A stretch of DNA of 64,000 bases from a bacterium (GTDB lineage: Bacteria > Omnitrophota > Gorgyraeia > Duberdicusellales > 4484-171): assembly GCA_021796115.1 (NCBI GenBank), contig JAJYOP010000001.1, positions 36,778 through 100,777 of the forward strand, written 5' to 3'. Made by a program: the position numbers and the translations under genes. The notes beneath the pieces are model-generated. The model did no database searches and was not told the origin of the DNA. It worked only from the letters and a program-made list of their open reading frames with translations. Shown piece after piece: positions 9,559-18,522 of the stretch (positions within the stretch are counted from its first letter, which is position 1; each line of letters opens with the position of its first letter).

Positions 9559-11377
9559 AAATACTAAGCATACCAGCGCGTTGCATAATATATTTAAAAT
9601 TAATTACCTATTATTATTTCTGGTTGCGGTAATTTTTATTCAAATTTTCTCTATGTTCATACCCTATCTTACGGGTAAAGTGCTTATTACGAATGACTAT
9701 ATTAATATATCCGAAACTACAAAATTGAGAGAAAGATATTTTGATAACACGGAATTTATTCAGAAAGAATGCCTGCGTCATTCCGGTTCTGGAGCAAAAA
9801 CTTTTACTTTGGCTACGGGAATGTCTGGAGGCGGCTACGCAAATTCAAATTTATCAAAGACATTTTTTTCTGCCAATCGTCATGAATTTGCATGGCAGTC
9901 TCAATGCGGATGGCTGATGCATCATCAAAATACTTTATTGTCGCCGATCAACCAGTTCTATTTAGGAAAACAATTGAGCAGAATCAGTCAGCAATACGGC
10001 AGTTTAACTACCGCCTTTTTAACATTCTTAATTAAACTCAGCGGCGGATTAACTTTTGACAATTATTTCAAAGTTCTTTATTTTTTCTACCCATTTTACT
10101 ATTTATTATTTTTTATTGTCTCCGCCTATCTGCTCCGGGACAGTAAGTATCTTTTGCTGGTGGCTGTACTTTCGGCGAGTTTTTTATTTAAACTTTCCTA
10201 TGTTTCCATATATTTGGCCCCGGGGTTTAACCCTATTCGGCAATTGCCGTCATTGCTGGTTTTATTCTTTCTCATGCTGTACCTTCGAAAACGGAAAACC
10301 TCTTCATTTTTCTTGATGCTGGCTTTCTCTATTTTAGCAGTTATTAACAATAAAGAATTTGGATTTTTTGCCGTTGCCGCCGCCACCATAAGTTTGTTTC
10401 TTGAAAATTTCCTTGAAAAAATACCCTTGGGCAGGGGGAAATTTTTTTTCCTGACAGCAACTTTTTTGATTTCTGTTTATCTATTCTTTTTTATACATAT
10501 GGGCAGCAACCCCCTAGAGAAATATTATTTTGTGGGGATCTCGGGGCCTATTATTGACAAGTTTATCTTAAAACTAATCCTGATCATTTTTAGTTTGGTT
10601 TATTTCCTGATCTATAGATTATTGAGGCGCGATAGTGGCCTAAAATATATAGCTGTTTTTTTGTTCTTTTATATTCAAGGAATATTGCTTTATTATATCT
10701 GGGATCCGGCCCCTAACCACTTATTTAGTATATCTAGTCCCCTGGCGCTTTTACCGGTTATTTTGTTAAAGCTTATACTGGATGGTTGGCAGAGGGATAT
10801 AAATAGGAATTTAGTTATTGTGCCCCTTGTTTTGTGCTTATTTTCATTTTTATATTTACCTTCCTGGCGCGGGTACAATAAGGAAAAAGCAATATACCAG
10901 AAAATTTCCGCTGACCATAAAATTTATTCCTGGGATCTTGCGCGAGCGAGGATTAAAACCACCATGAATCCGGAATATTTTATAAACGCAGTCAACCTGA
11001 TACAAAAATATTCAAAAAACAGCAATGGGATTTACATCATATCACAATACGATAATTTTTTGCCGTTTCTCGCGCGAAAATACAGCGCAATGCCGTTTGA
11101 CGAGGTAGCTATAAGTTTATTAACCAGCCGCGAGGTAAATGACTGCATTAATAAAATCTTAAACGATAAACCAGAATACATTTTTATTGATACAGGAATC
11201 GAAGAGGGTATCTATGACAAAGATAAGAATAAAATCCTTGCTTATTTGTCTGCACATTATGATTTTTCCAATAAAATCAAAATGTGGCACGAGCTAAAAA
11301 AAGTCTATATGGGCGTAAAGGATTCCTACCGGTTGATTGAAAAAAGTGATATAATTAGCGTTTATAAAAAGAAATAA
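9542..11377 (+). CDS. family-2 paralog: large polytopic membrane protein with conserved C-terminal soluble domain
   Basis: Overlaps ORF 8410 by 17 nt. Shares all conserved blocks with ORF 6468: CGWLMHHQNTLLSPINQF, SIYLAPGFNPIRQL, YIQGILLYYIWDPAPNH and the C-terminal IYIISQYDNFLPFLARKYSAMP..YIFIDT. Confidence 0.5.
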   Translation: MSSKFKNTKHTSALHNIFKINYLLLFLVAVIFIQIFSMFIPYLTGKVLITNDYINISETTKLRERYFDNTEFIQKECLRHSGSGAKTFTLATGMSGGGYANSNLSKTFFSANRHEFAWQSQCGWLMHHQNTLLSPINQFYLGKQLSRISQQYGSLTTAFLTFLIKLSGGLTFDNYFKVLYFFYPFYYLLFFIVSAYLLRDSKYLLLVAVLSASFLFKLSYVSIYLAPGFNPIRQLPSLLVLFFLMLYLRKRKTSSFFLMLAFSILAVINNKEFGFFAVAAATISLFLENFLEKIPLGRGKFFFLTATFLISVYLFFFIHMGSNPLEKYYFVGISGPIIDKFILKLILIIFSLVYFLIYRLLRRDSGLKYIAVFLFFYIQGILLYYIWDPAPNHLFSISSPLALLPVILLKLILDGWQRDINRNLVIVPLVLCLFSFLYLPSWRGYNKEKAIYQKISADHKIYSWDLARARIKTTMNPEYFINAVNLIQKYSKNSNGIYIISQYDNFLPFLARKYSAMPFDEVAISLLTSREVNDCINKILNDKPEYIFIDTGIEEGIYDKDKNKILAYLSAHYDFSNKIKMWHELKKVYMGVKDSYRLIEKSDIISVYKKK

Positions 11378-11378
11378 A

Positions 11379-12257
11379 ATGAATATATTTATTACCGGCG
11401 GTTCCGGTTTTATCGGAAAGAATATCATAGAATTTTTATCCAAAAAACATACTGTTTTCGCCCCTCCCCATAAGGAATTGGAGCTTTTGGATGCGGATGC
11501 GGTTAAAAAGTATTTCGAGCGTTATTATTTTGATGTAGTTATTCACAGCGCGGTGCGTCCCGGTCACAGGAACGCCAAAGACCCGACGAACCAGCTTTAT
11601 AACAACCTGCGCATGTTTTTTAATCTCATGCGCAACAAGAGCCGTTTTAAGAAGCTTATTTTTATCAGTTCAGGAGCGGTCTATGATATAACGCGTTCAT
11701 TGTCGATGGTTAATGAAGATTTCTTTGATGCGTATGTTCCGGCCGATGAGCATGGATTTTCAAAATATATTATTGCAAAACACATAGAACAGCTTGACAA
11801 TATAGTCGAATTGCGCGTTTTCGGCATATTCGGCAAATACGAGGATTACGCGATAAGGTTCATATCAAACGCTATATGCAAAACAATTTTTGACTTGCCT
11901 GTAACCATAAAACAGAATAGAAGATTCAGCTATTTATATATTAATGATTTTGTACCAATTCTTGATTATTTTATCAATAATGATTGCAGATATAAGGCAT
12001 ACAATGTTACGCCGGATGAAGGCATAGAATTATGCGATATAGCCAAGAAAGTAAGAAGTATTTCTGGGAAAGATTTGCCCATAAATATTGCCAAATCCGG
12101 AATGGGGCTTGATTATAGCGGCAGTAATAAAAGGTTGCATAACGAAATCAAGGGCTTAAAATTCACCGGCATCGATTCGGCGATTAAAGAACTACATGCT
12201 TGGTACTTGCAGAACGCCGCTTCAATAAACAGGGATTTTTTACTTTTTGATAAATAG
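11379..12257 (+). CDS. NAD-dependent epimerase/dehydratase family protein (nucleotide-sugar epimerase/reductase)
   Basis: MNIFITGGSGFIGKN Rossmann motif and YIIAK (YxxxK), 292 aa. Confidence 0.7.
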   Translation: MNIFITGGSGFIGKNIIEFLSKKHTVFAPPHKELELLDADAVKKYFERYYFDVVIHSAVRPGHRNAKDPTNQLYNNLRMFFNLMRNKSRFKKLIFISSGAVYDITRSLSMVNEDFFDAYVPADEHGFSKYIIAKHIEQLDNIVELRVFGIFGKYEDYAIRFISNAICKTIFDLPVTIKQNRRFSYLYINDFVPILDYFINNDCRYKAYNVTPDEGIELCDIAKKVRSISGKDLPINIAKSGMGLDYSGSNKRLHNEIKGLKFTGIDSAIKELHAWYLQNAASINRDFLLFDK

Positions 12258-12259
12258 AA

Positions 12260-14068
12260 ATGATTAAATTATCGGATTATATAGTCAAATTGTTCCTTGA
12301 ACATAAAGTCAGAGATGTCTTTATGATATCGGGCGGAGGAGCCATGCATCTTATTGACTCCGTGGGTAAGGAAAAGAAGATAAAATATTTATGCCCGCAT
12401 CACGAACAGGCGGCGGCAATGGCGGCCGAAGGGTATTCACGGGTCAGTGGGAAAATGGGAGTAGTTGTGGTGACTAGCGGCCCGGGAGGTACGAATACCC
12501 TCACTGGTGTTATTCAGCAATGGCTTGACTCAATCCCTTGCCTTTATATATCCGGGCAGATTAAGGAAGAAACAAGTATTGTTTCTTGCCCTGATTTGGG
12601 ATTACGGCAATTAGGCGACCAGGAGATAAATATTGTAGATATCGTCCGGCCCGTAACCAAATATGCGGTTATAGTCAGAGATCCTTTAAGTATTCGCTAT
12701 CATCTGGAAAAAGCCATATACCTGGCTACGCATGGCCGGCCGGGGCCAGTATGGCTGGACATTCCTTTAAACGTCCAGCCAGTTATGATTGATGAAAATA
12801 GATTAGAAGGGTTTAAGCCTGATACAGAAATAGAAAGAAAGAAGCTTCAACTTTCAAAACAAATTTCCGAAACAATAGCTTTGTTAAGAAAAGCAGAAAG
12901 GCCTGTATTTTTAGCGGGGCATGGTATAAGGCTTTCAGGCGCGCAGGATGTTTTCAGGGGATTCATAGAAAAAACCCGCATCCCCGTTTTGACTACTTTT
13001 TGCGGCTTTGATTTATTGCCGTCGGATCACCACTTATATGCGGGCAGAGTGGGGACTTTGGGCAACCGTTCTGGCAACTTTGCTTTGCAAAACGCGGATG
13101 TTTTGCTCTCTGTCGGTTCCAGGAATAATATCCGGCAGGTAAGTTATAATTGGAAGGTTTTTGCGAGGGCCGCCAAGAAAATTGTCGTAGACATAGATGA
13201 AGCTGAACTAAAAAAACCAACAATTAAGCCGGATGTAGCGATTCAAGCCGATGCCAGAGTTTTCTTGACGGAGCTTCTTAAACAAAGTAAAACCATAAAA
13301 TTTCCTGTTTGGAACAAATGGCTTAATTGGTGCATGATACGTAAAAACAAATATCCAGTGGTGTTAAAAGAGTATTGGAAAAGCAATAATCCAGTAAATC
13401 CTTATTGCTTTATAGAAACCTTGACGAATGTTTTAAAAAGAGATACCATTCTCGTTTCAGCTAATGGAACTGCCTGCGTGACATTGTTTCAGGCAGGGGT
13501 TGTTAAAGAAGGCCAGAGAATGTTTTGGAATTCCGGCTGCGCCTCTATGGGCTACGATTTGCCGGCAGCAATCGGCGCGTGCGTGGCTAATAATAATAAA
13601 CCGGTGGTATGCCTGGCGGGAGACGGCAGCCTGCAGATGAATATCCAGGAACTTGAGACCGTTATTGCCTATAATCTGCCAGTAAAGATTTTTGTTCTTA
13701 ACAACAACGGGTATATTTCGATGCGCCAGACGCAGGATGCGTTTTTTTCGGGAAGATATGTCGCCTGCGGCCCCGAAAGCGGAGTAAAATTTCCCGATAT
13801 TTTAAAGGTAGCCAAAGCTTACGGATTTAAGACAAAATCAATAAGCGCTCATAACGAGATGAAGAGAAAAATAAAAGAGGTCCTTAAAACTACGGGTCCG
13901 GTGCTATGCGAAGTAAAAATATCGCAAGATTATAAATTTATCCCCAAAGTATCGTCGCAGTTAAAACCGGACGGCAAATTGGTTTCAAAGCCTCTGGAGG
14001 ATATGTTTCCCTTTTTGCCGCGCGAAGAATTTTATAGCAATATGATTATAAAACCATTACCTGAATAA
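12260..14068 (+). CDS. thiamine-diphosphate-dependent enzyme, acetolactate-synthase/YerE-like
   Basis: TPP-enzyme N-domain (HEQAAAMAAEGYSRVSGKMGVVVVTSGPGGTNTLTGV) and the C-terminal TPP-binding motif GDGS..N-x(25)-NN (CLAGDGSLQMNIQELE..VLNNNGY). 602 aa. Confidence 0.75.
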   Translation: MIKLSDYIVKLFLEHKVRDVFMISGGGAMHLIDSVGKEKKIKYLCPHHEQAAAMAAEGYSRVSGKMGVVVVTSGPGGTNTLTGVIQQWLDSIPCLYISGQIKEETSIVSCPDLGLRQLGDQEINIVDIVRPVTKYAVIVRDPLSIRYHLEKAIYLATHGRPGPVWLDIPLNVQPVMIDENRLEGFKPDTEIERKKLQLSKQISETIALLRKAERPVFLAGHGIRLSGAQDVFRGFIEKTRIPVLTTFCGFDLLPSDHHLYAGRVGTLGNRSGNFALQNADVLLSVGSRNNIRQVSYNWKVFARAAKKIVVDIDEAELKKPTIKPDVAIQADARVFLTELLKQSKTIKFPVWNKWLNWCMIRKNKYPVVLKEYWKSNNPVNPYCFIETLTNVLKRDTILVSANGTACVTLFQAGVVKEGQRMFWNSGCASMGYDLPAAIGACVANNNKPVVCLAGDGSLQMNIQELETVIAYNLPVKIFVLNNNGYISMRQTQDAFFSGRYVACGPESGVKFPDILKVAKAYGFKTKSISAHNEMKRKIKEVLKTTGPVLCEVKISQDYKFIPKVSSQLKPDGKLVSKPLEDMFPFLPREEFYSNMIIKPLPE

Positions 14069-14085
14069 TTATAAAGGGGGAAAAG

Positions 14086-14889
14086 ATGAATGTTTTAGAG
14101 AATCGCATGATCAATATTTTAAAAGAGCTGAAGGAGAAGAACGGCGCAATTGCCGTAAGGGCCGAGTTTGAAGCTGAAGGCACAAGACTTGACGAATTAT
14201 TCCGCCTTAAAGAGATAAGCGTACGCGCCGGTTTGGGCCTGGTTTTAAAAATAGGCGGCTGCGAATCCATAAGAGATATGCTTGAATCACGCATCGTGGG
14301 GGTAAATTGCCTGGTCGCACCCATGGTTGAATCCGCTTACGCCTTACGCAAATATTTGCAGGCGATAAAGAAAGTTTTCACGGCCCAGGAGCGCAAAAGC
14401 ATAAAAATTTCATGCAATATCGAAACGGTGACCGCCTGCCAAAATCTAAAAGAAATGCTTGAAATACCTGAGATAAGCGTGCTTCACGGCATAGTTATAG
14501 GAAGGGTGGATTTATGCTTTTCTTCGGGGAAAAACGAAGAATACGTTAATAACAAAGAAATAACCAAATTAGTCCGCGAGGCAATTGCCGCCGCAAAGAA
14601 GAAGAATCTTGTCTGTATGATGGGCGGAGGGTTATCTCCGGAAAGTATGGAAATTTTTAAAGATCTGTCCGATGGCGCTCTTGATTATTGTGAAACAAGA
14701 AAGGTTTGCTTTTTGTATCCGAAACTTTTGGCCACCGATTATAAAAAAGGCATCTTAAAAGCTCTTGGTTTTGAATTGTTATGGCTCAAGAATAAAGCAA
14801 CATATTATAAAGGCATTACCGATGCCGACAAAGCAAGGCTGTCTTTGATTGAGCAGAAGTATTTAAATGAATTGGACTCTCTGATTTGA
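14086..14889 (+). CDS. HpcH/HpaI aldolase / citrate-lyase-beta family protein (paralog 1)
   Basis: CLVAPMVESAYAL matches the PMVE(T/N) motif of the family. NIETVTA..GIVIGRVDL matches the QIET..GvfiGPaDL motif. Confidence 0.55.
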   Translation: MNVLENRMINILKELKEKNGAIAVRAEFEAEGTRLDELFRLKEISVRAGLGLVLKIGGCESIRDMLESRIVGVNCLVAPMVESAYALRKYLQAIKKVFTAQERKSIKISCNIETVTACQNLKEMLEIPEISVLHGIVIGRVDLCFSSGKNEEYVNNKEITKLVREAIAAAKKKNLVCMMGGGLSPESMEIFKDLSDGALDYCETRKVCFLYPKLLATDYKKGILKALGFELLWLKNKATYYKGITDADKARLSLIEQKYLNELDSLI

Positions 14890-14937
14890 AGTAAAATTAG
14901 TAGATTGTTTATTATCATCCAATAAAAGGAGGCAAAA

Positions 14938-15732
14938 GTGACTATTACCGAACTTAAAATGGTCGATATATTGAAAAAGTTGAAAGACTTATATTACGCC
15001 GTAGGCGTAAAGGCCGAGTTTGAAGCTGAAGGGACGCGCACTGAAGAACTGGTCAGGCTTAAGGAGCTCTGCCTTGCCGCAGATGTCTCACTCACCTTAA
15101 AAATTGGAGGCTGTGAAGCCATTCGTGATATGTATGACGCGAGGGCTATTGGCGTTAATTATATGGTTGCCCCCATGGTAGAAACGCCTTTTTCTCTGCA
15201 GAAGTATTTAAAAGCTATTGATATAGTTTTTTCCGCAGACGAACAGGAAGAAATAGACTTTCTTATTAATATTGAAACAAAACTAGCGGCAGATAATTTT
15301 TCCGATATGTTGAAGATAACAGAAATTAAAAAACTCGACGGTATCGTAATGGGCCGAGTTGATTTTGTTGGTTCTATGGGGCTTGATAGAAAAGCAGTCA
15401 ACGGCGATAATATATTGACCATTACACGGGACCTTATTTCTGCGGCAAAAATGCATGATTTAACTTGTGTTGTCGGTGGCGCAATTTCTGTGGAGTCCCT
15501 GCCATTTTTAAGAAAATTGCCCAAAGCTTGTCTGGATAGGTATGAGACTAGAAAGATATGCTTTTCTTGTCCCGAAGCGCTTGGCGAAACCGCAGACAAA
15601 GGCATTTCAAAAGCTGTTGAATTTGAACTACTATGGTTAAAAAGTAAGCAAAATTATTATACAGCTATTTCTAAAGAGGATGATAAGCGTATAACAATGC
15701 TTGAAGAAAGATTCAGGCAGAGTAAAAAATAA
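14938..15732 (+). CDS. HpcH/HpaI aldolase family protein (paralog 2, tandem duplicate of 14086..14889)
   Basis: Roughly 45% identical to the upstream ORF (AEFEAEGTR, KIGGCEAIRDM, MVAPMVETPF, NIETKLA, GIVMGRVDF). GTG start with RBS AAAGGAGG. Confidence 0.55.
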   Translation: MTITELKMVDILKKLKDLYYAVGVKAEFEAEGTRTEELVRLKELCLAADVSLTLKIGGCEAIRDMYDARAIGVNYMVAPMVETPFSLQKYLKAIDIVFSADEQEEIDFLINIETKLAADNFSDMLKITEIKKLDGIVMGRVDFVGSMGLDRKAVNGDNILTITRDLISAAKMHDLTCVVGGAISVESLPFLRKLPKACLDRYETRKICFSCPEALGETADKGISKAVEFELLWLKSKQNYYTAISKEDDKRITMLEERFRQSKK

Positions 15733-15779
15733 TTCGTTAGTCTATCGTATTAATATCCCGCAGGCGGTTTATTAAAAAT

Positions 15780-16448
15780 ATGGTCAAAAGAAGAGCCCTT
15801 ATAACAGGCGGTTCACGTGGCATAGGCAAGGCCATTGTCGACTTGCTGGAAGATAAAGGCATCTTTGTATTGGCTCCTTCCAGAAAAGAAATGAATTTGC
15901 TCTCTGATTCCGCCATAGATAAATATCTCTCTTCTTTAAAAAAGCCAATCGACATAATAATTAATAACGCAGGAATTAACCTTTTATCGGCAGGGTATGA
16001 ATTGGAAGAAGACAATATCAGGGAGAGTTTACAGGTAAATCTGCTTGCGCCTTTACGCATCATAAGGAAAATTATTCCTGATATGATGCATCAGAAATAT
16101 GGCCGCATAGTAAATATAAGCTCCATATGGAGCGTTATTACTAAGCCGAGGCGTTTAACCTATACAATGACAAAATCAGGATTAAATGGAATGACTAAAT
16201 CTTTAGCTATAGAATTGGCTCCATATAATATCCTTGTTAACTGTATTGCCCCAGGATACGTTAATACAGAGCTTACGAGAAAAAACAATTCTTCAGAAGA
16301 GATAGAAAATATAAAAAATACAATCCCTCTAAAACGTTTGTCAGAACCTGTAGAAATAGCTGAAATTGTATCTTTCCTTGTTTCAGAAAAAAATTCTTAT
16401 ATCACAGGCCAGGTAATCATTGCAGATGGAGGGTATACATGCCTGTGA
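15780..16448 (+). CDS. short-chain dehydrogenase/reductase (SDR)
   Basis: ALITGGSRGIGKAI, NAGI and YTMTK (YxxxK), 222 aa. Confidence 0.8.
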   Translation: MVKRRALITGGSRGIGKAIVDLLEDKGIFVLAPSRKEMNLLSDSAIDKYLSSLKKPIDIIINNAGINLLSAGYELEEDNIRESLQVNLLAPLRIIRKIIPDMMHQKYGRIVNISSIWSVITKPRRLTYTMTKSGLNGMTKSLAIELAPYNILVNCIAPGYVNTELTRKNNSSEEIENIKNTIPLKRLSEPVEIAEIVSFLVSEKNSYITGQVIIADGGYTCL

Positions 16449-17533
16449 TTAAAATAAAATCAAATATTGGTAATTATAATGTTTTATTTGGAAATATCGC
16501 CGCATATTTAAAAGACATTGAAAAAAGAGGATTACGGAAATGTTATATTATCGATGAGAATGTTTGGAAAATATATAATAAAAAAGAATTAAATAATATC
16601 AATAAAGACGAAGCGATAATCTTACCAATTTCAGAAACAAAAAAAAATCTTAATACGGTAAAATGGTTATATAATACACTTATTGAACGTTCTGCAAAAC
16701 GTAATCTGACGATTATCTCTGTTGGTGGAGGTATCACTCAAGACATTACGGGCTTTCTTGCTTCAACATTGTATCGCGGAGTTAACTGGATATTCATTCC
16801 GACAACGTTTCTGGCTCAAGCCGATAGTTGCATAGGAAGTAAAACATCTTTGAACTATCGAAATTTCAAAAATCTGATTGGCACCTTTTACCCGCCGTCA
16901 GAAGTTTTCATTGACCCAGGTTTTATTTATAGCCAAAAAACTCTTGATTTTTATAGCGGTCTCGGAGAAGTTATAAAACTTCATCTTATGGGTGGGATTG
17001 ATAAAACAAAAGATTTGCTCCGGGCGTATCCCGAAATCATTGCGAAAGATAGAAAAACATTAGAAAAAATAATTTACAATGCACTTACCATAAAAAAAGC
17101 TTATATAGAAAACGATGAATTCGATAGAGGAAAAAGAAATTTACTTAATTATGGCCATTGCTTTGGCCACGCGCTGGAAACAACATCCAGATTTAAAATA
17201 CCTCACGGCATCGCGGTTTTGTTCGGTATGATGCTGGCTAATATTATTGCCTGTAGCAGAAATCTTCTTAAAAAAGATTTTAAAGAATTTATTTTTAGCA
17301 AAGTATTTTTACCTTCAGCATGTATCTTACCGAAAAAATCCTGGCTGCAGAAAGAGGCTGTGTTAGGCGCAATGAAAAAAGATAAAAAACGCACAGGAAA
17401 AGATCTGGCGTTAATCATGCTAATGGATGGTTGCCGCATGATGAGGGTAAATGACGTGTCAGAGAAAGAGGCTATTAATGCCTTAAGACAATTGGAATAC
17501 TGTTTAAACAAAGATTCCCTTAATAAGTTATAA
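16439..17533 (+). CDS. 3-dehydroquinate-synthase-like sugar-phosphate cyclase family protein
   Basis: GGGITQDITGFLASTLYRGVNWIFIPTTFLAQADSCIGSKTSLN, KNLIGTFYPP, GEVIK and NYGHCFGHALE all align with the DHQS-family signature blocks (nucleotide-binding site and metal-His sites). Confidence 0.7.
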   Translation: MPVIKIKSNIGNYNVLFGNIAAYLKDIEKRGLRKCYIIDENVWKIYNKKELNNINKDEAIILPISETKKNLNTVKWLYNTLIERSAKRNLTIISVGGGITQDITGFLASTLYRGVNWIFIPTTFLAQADSCIGSKTSLNYRNFKNLIGTFYPPSEVFIDPGFIYSQKTLDFYSGLGEVIKLHLMGGIDKTKDLLRAYPEIIAKDRKTLEKIIYNALTIKKAYIENDEFDRGKRNLLNYGHCFGHALETTSRFKIPHGIAVLFGMMLANIIACSRNLLKKDFKEFIFSKVFLPSACILPKKSWLQKEAVLGAMKKDKKRTGKDLALIMLMDGCRMMRVNDVSEKEAINALRQLEYCLNKDSLNKL

Positions 17534-17544
17534 AGGGTAGAAGT

Positions 17545-18489
17545 ATGCAAAAAATTATTTCAATAGTTATATCTGCTTTTAACGAGGAGGGTTGCGTAGA
17601 AGAATTAGCTATCCAACTTAAAAAAGTATTTGCGCAAAATAATAATTATACATTTGAAGTTATCATGGTCGATAATGGCTCTACAGATAGGACTTTTGAA
17701 AAGCTTTTCGAAATACACAGAAGTGACGACAAATTCAGAATACTTCAATTGGCAAGGAATTTCGGCATGGATGGCGGCATAACTGCCGGCTTAAAATATG
17801 CAAAAGGGGATGCTGCTGTAATAATGACAGCAAATTTACAAGATACACCTTCTTTGATTACCGAATTTATAAAAAAATGGGAAGAAGGTTATGAAAATGT
17901 TTATGGTATCGTCAAAAAACGCACAGGTAAAGGTCTGATTCGTAGAATGAATTCGCAAATTTTTTATTTTATCATTAACCGTATGACAGGCAGCCTGATA
18001 CCGAAGAATGTAAGCGATTTTAGGCTGGTAGATAGGAAGATTTATCAAACAATCAATGTGATGGATGAAAGGAACAGGTTTTTAAGGGGGATGTTTGCCT
18101 GGGTGGGTTTTAAGTCTGTCGGTATAGAATATGAGAGAGGCAAGAGGTTTGCGGGAAAATCTCACGCGCTTTCAAAGAATGTCTTTTCGTTGGCTATTAG
18201 AGGAATTTTCGCTTTTTCTTATGTACCTATACGTTTTATCGCTGCCTCAGGATTCCTCCTGTCGTTATTTTCTTTTATTTTTCTTATAATTTCTATTTTA
18301 GGGTTTTTTATAAAAGGAGTACCTTTTAAAGGATACGGAATGATTGTTTCTTTGATAGTATTTATGTTTAGTTTGGTATTTTTTATTTTGGGCATATTGG
18401 GCCAATATATAGCTCAGATTTACGAAGAAGTAAAGGCAAGGCCTAATTATATAGTAAAAAAGCTAGTCGGGCTTACTGAGGCGAAGTAA
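17545..18489 (+). CDS. GT2 polyprenyl-phosphate glycosyltransferase (GtrB/ArnC/DPM1-like) with C-terminal TM helices
   Basis: IVISAFNEEGCV..VIMVDNGSTDRT GT2 N-domain with two C-terminal hydrophobic helices, 314 aa. This architecture is typical of undecaprenyl-phosphate sugar synthases. Confidence 0.75.
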   Translation: MQKIISIVISAFNEEGCVEELAIQLKKVFAQNNNYTFEVIMVDNGSTDRTFEKLFEIHRSDDKFRILQLARNFGMDGGITAGLKYAKGDAAVIMTANLQDTPSLITEFIKKWEEGYENVYGIVKKRTGKGLIRRMNSQIFYFIINRMTGSLIPKNVSDFRLVDRKIYQTINVMDERNRFLRGMFAWVGFKSVGIEYERGKRFAGKSHALSKNVFSLAIRGIFAFSYVPIRFIAASGFLLSLFSFIFLIISILGFFIKGVPFKGYGMIVSLIVFMFSLVFFILGILGQYIAQIYEEVKARPNYIVKKLVGLTEAK

Positions 18490-18522
18490 TTTTTAGGGCT
18501 GCCTTTAACAGATATCCCGGAA

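Noticed and set aside
14086-15732. Considered whether the two 265-aa paralogs after the TPP enzyme are PEP mutases, which would make this a phosphonate (PEP mutase + phosphonopyruvate decarboxylase) pathway
   Set aside because: The sequences lack the PEP mutase/isocitrate-lyase signature. Instead they match HpcH/HpaI blocks (PMVE, IET, GvxiGxxDL). The TPP enzyme is also about 600 aa with an ALS-like layout rather than about 380 aa Ppd-like.
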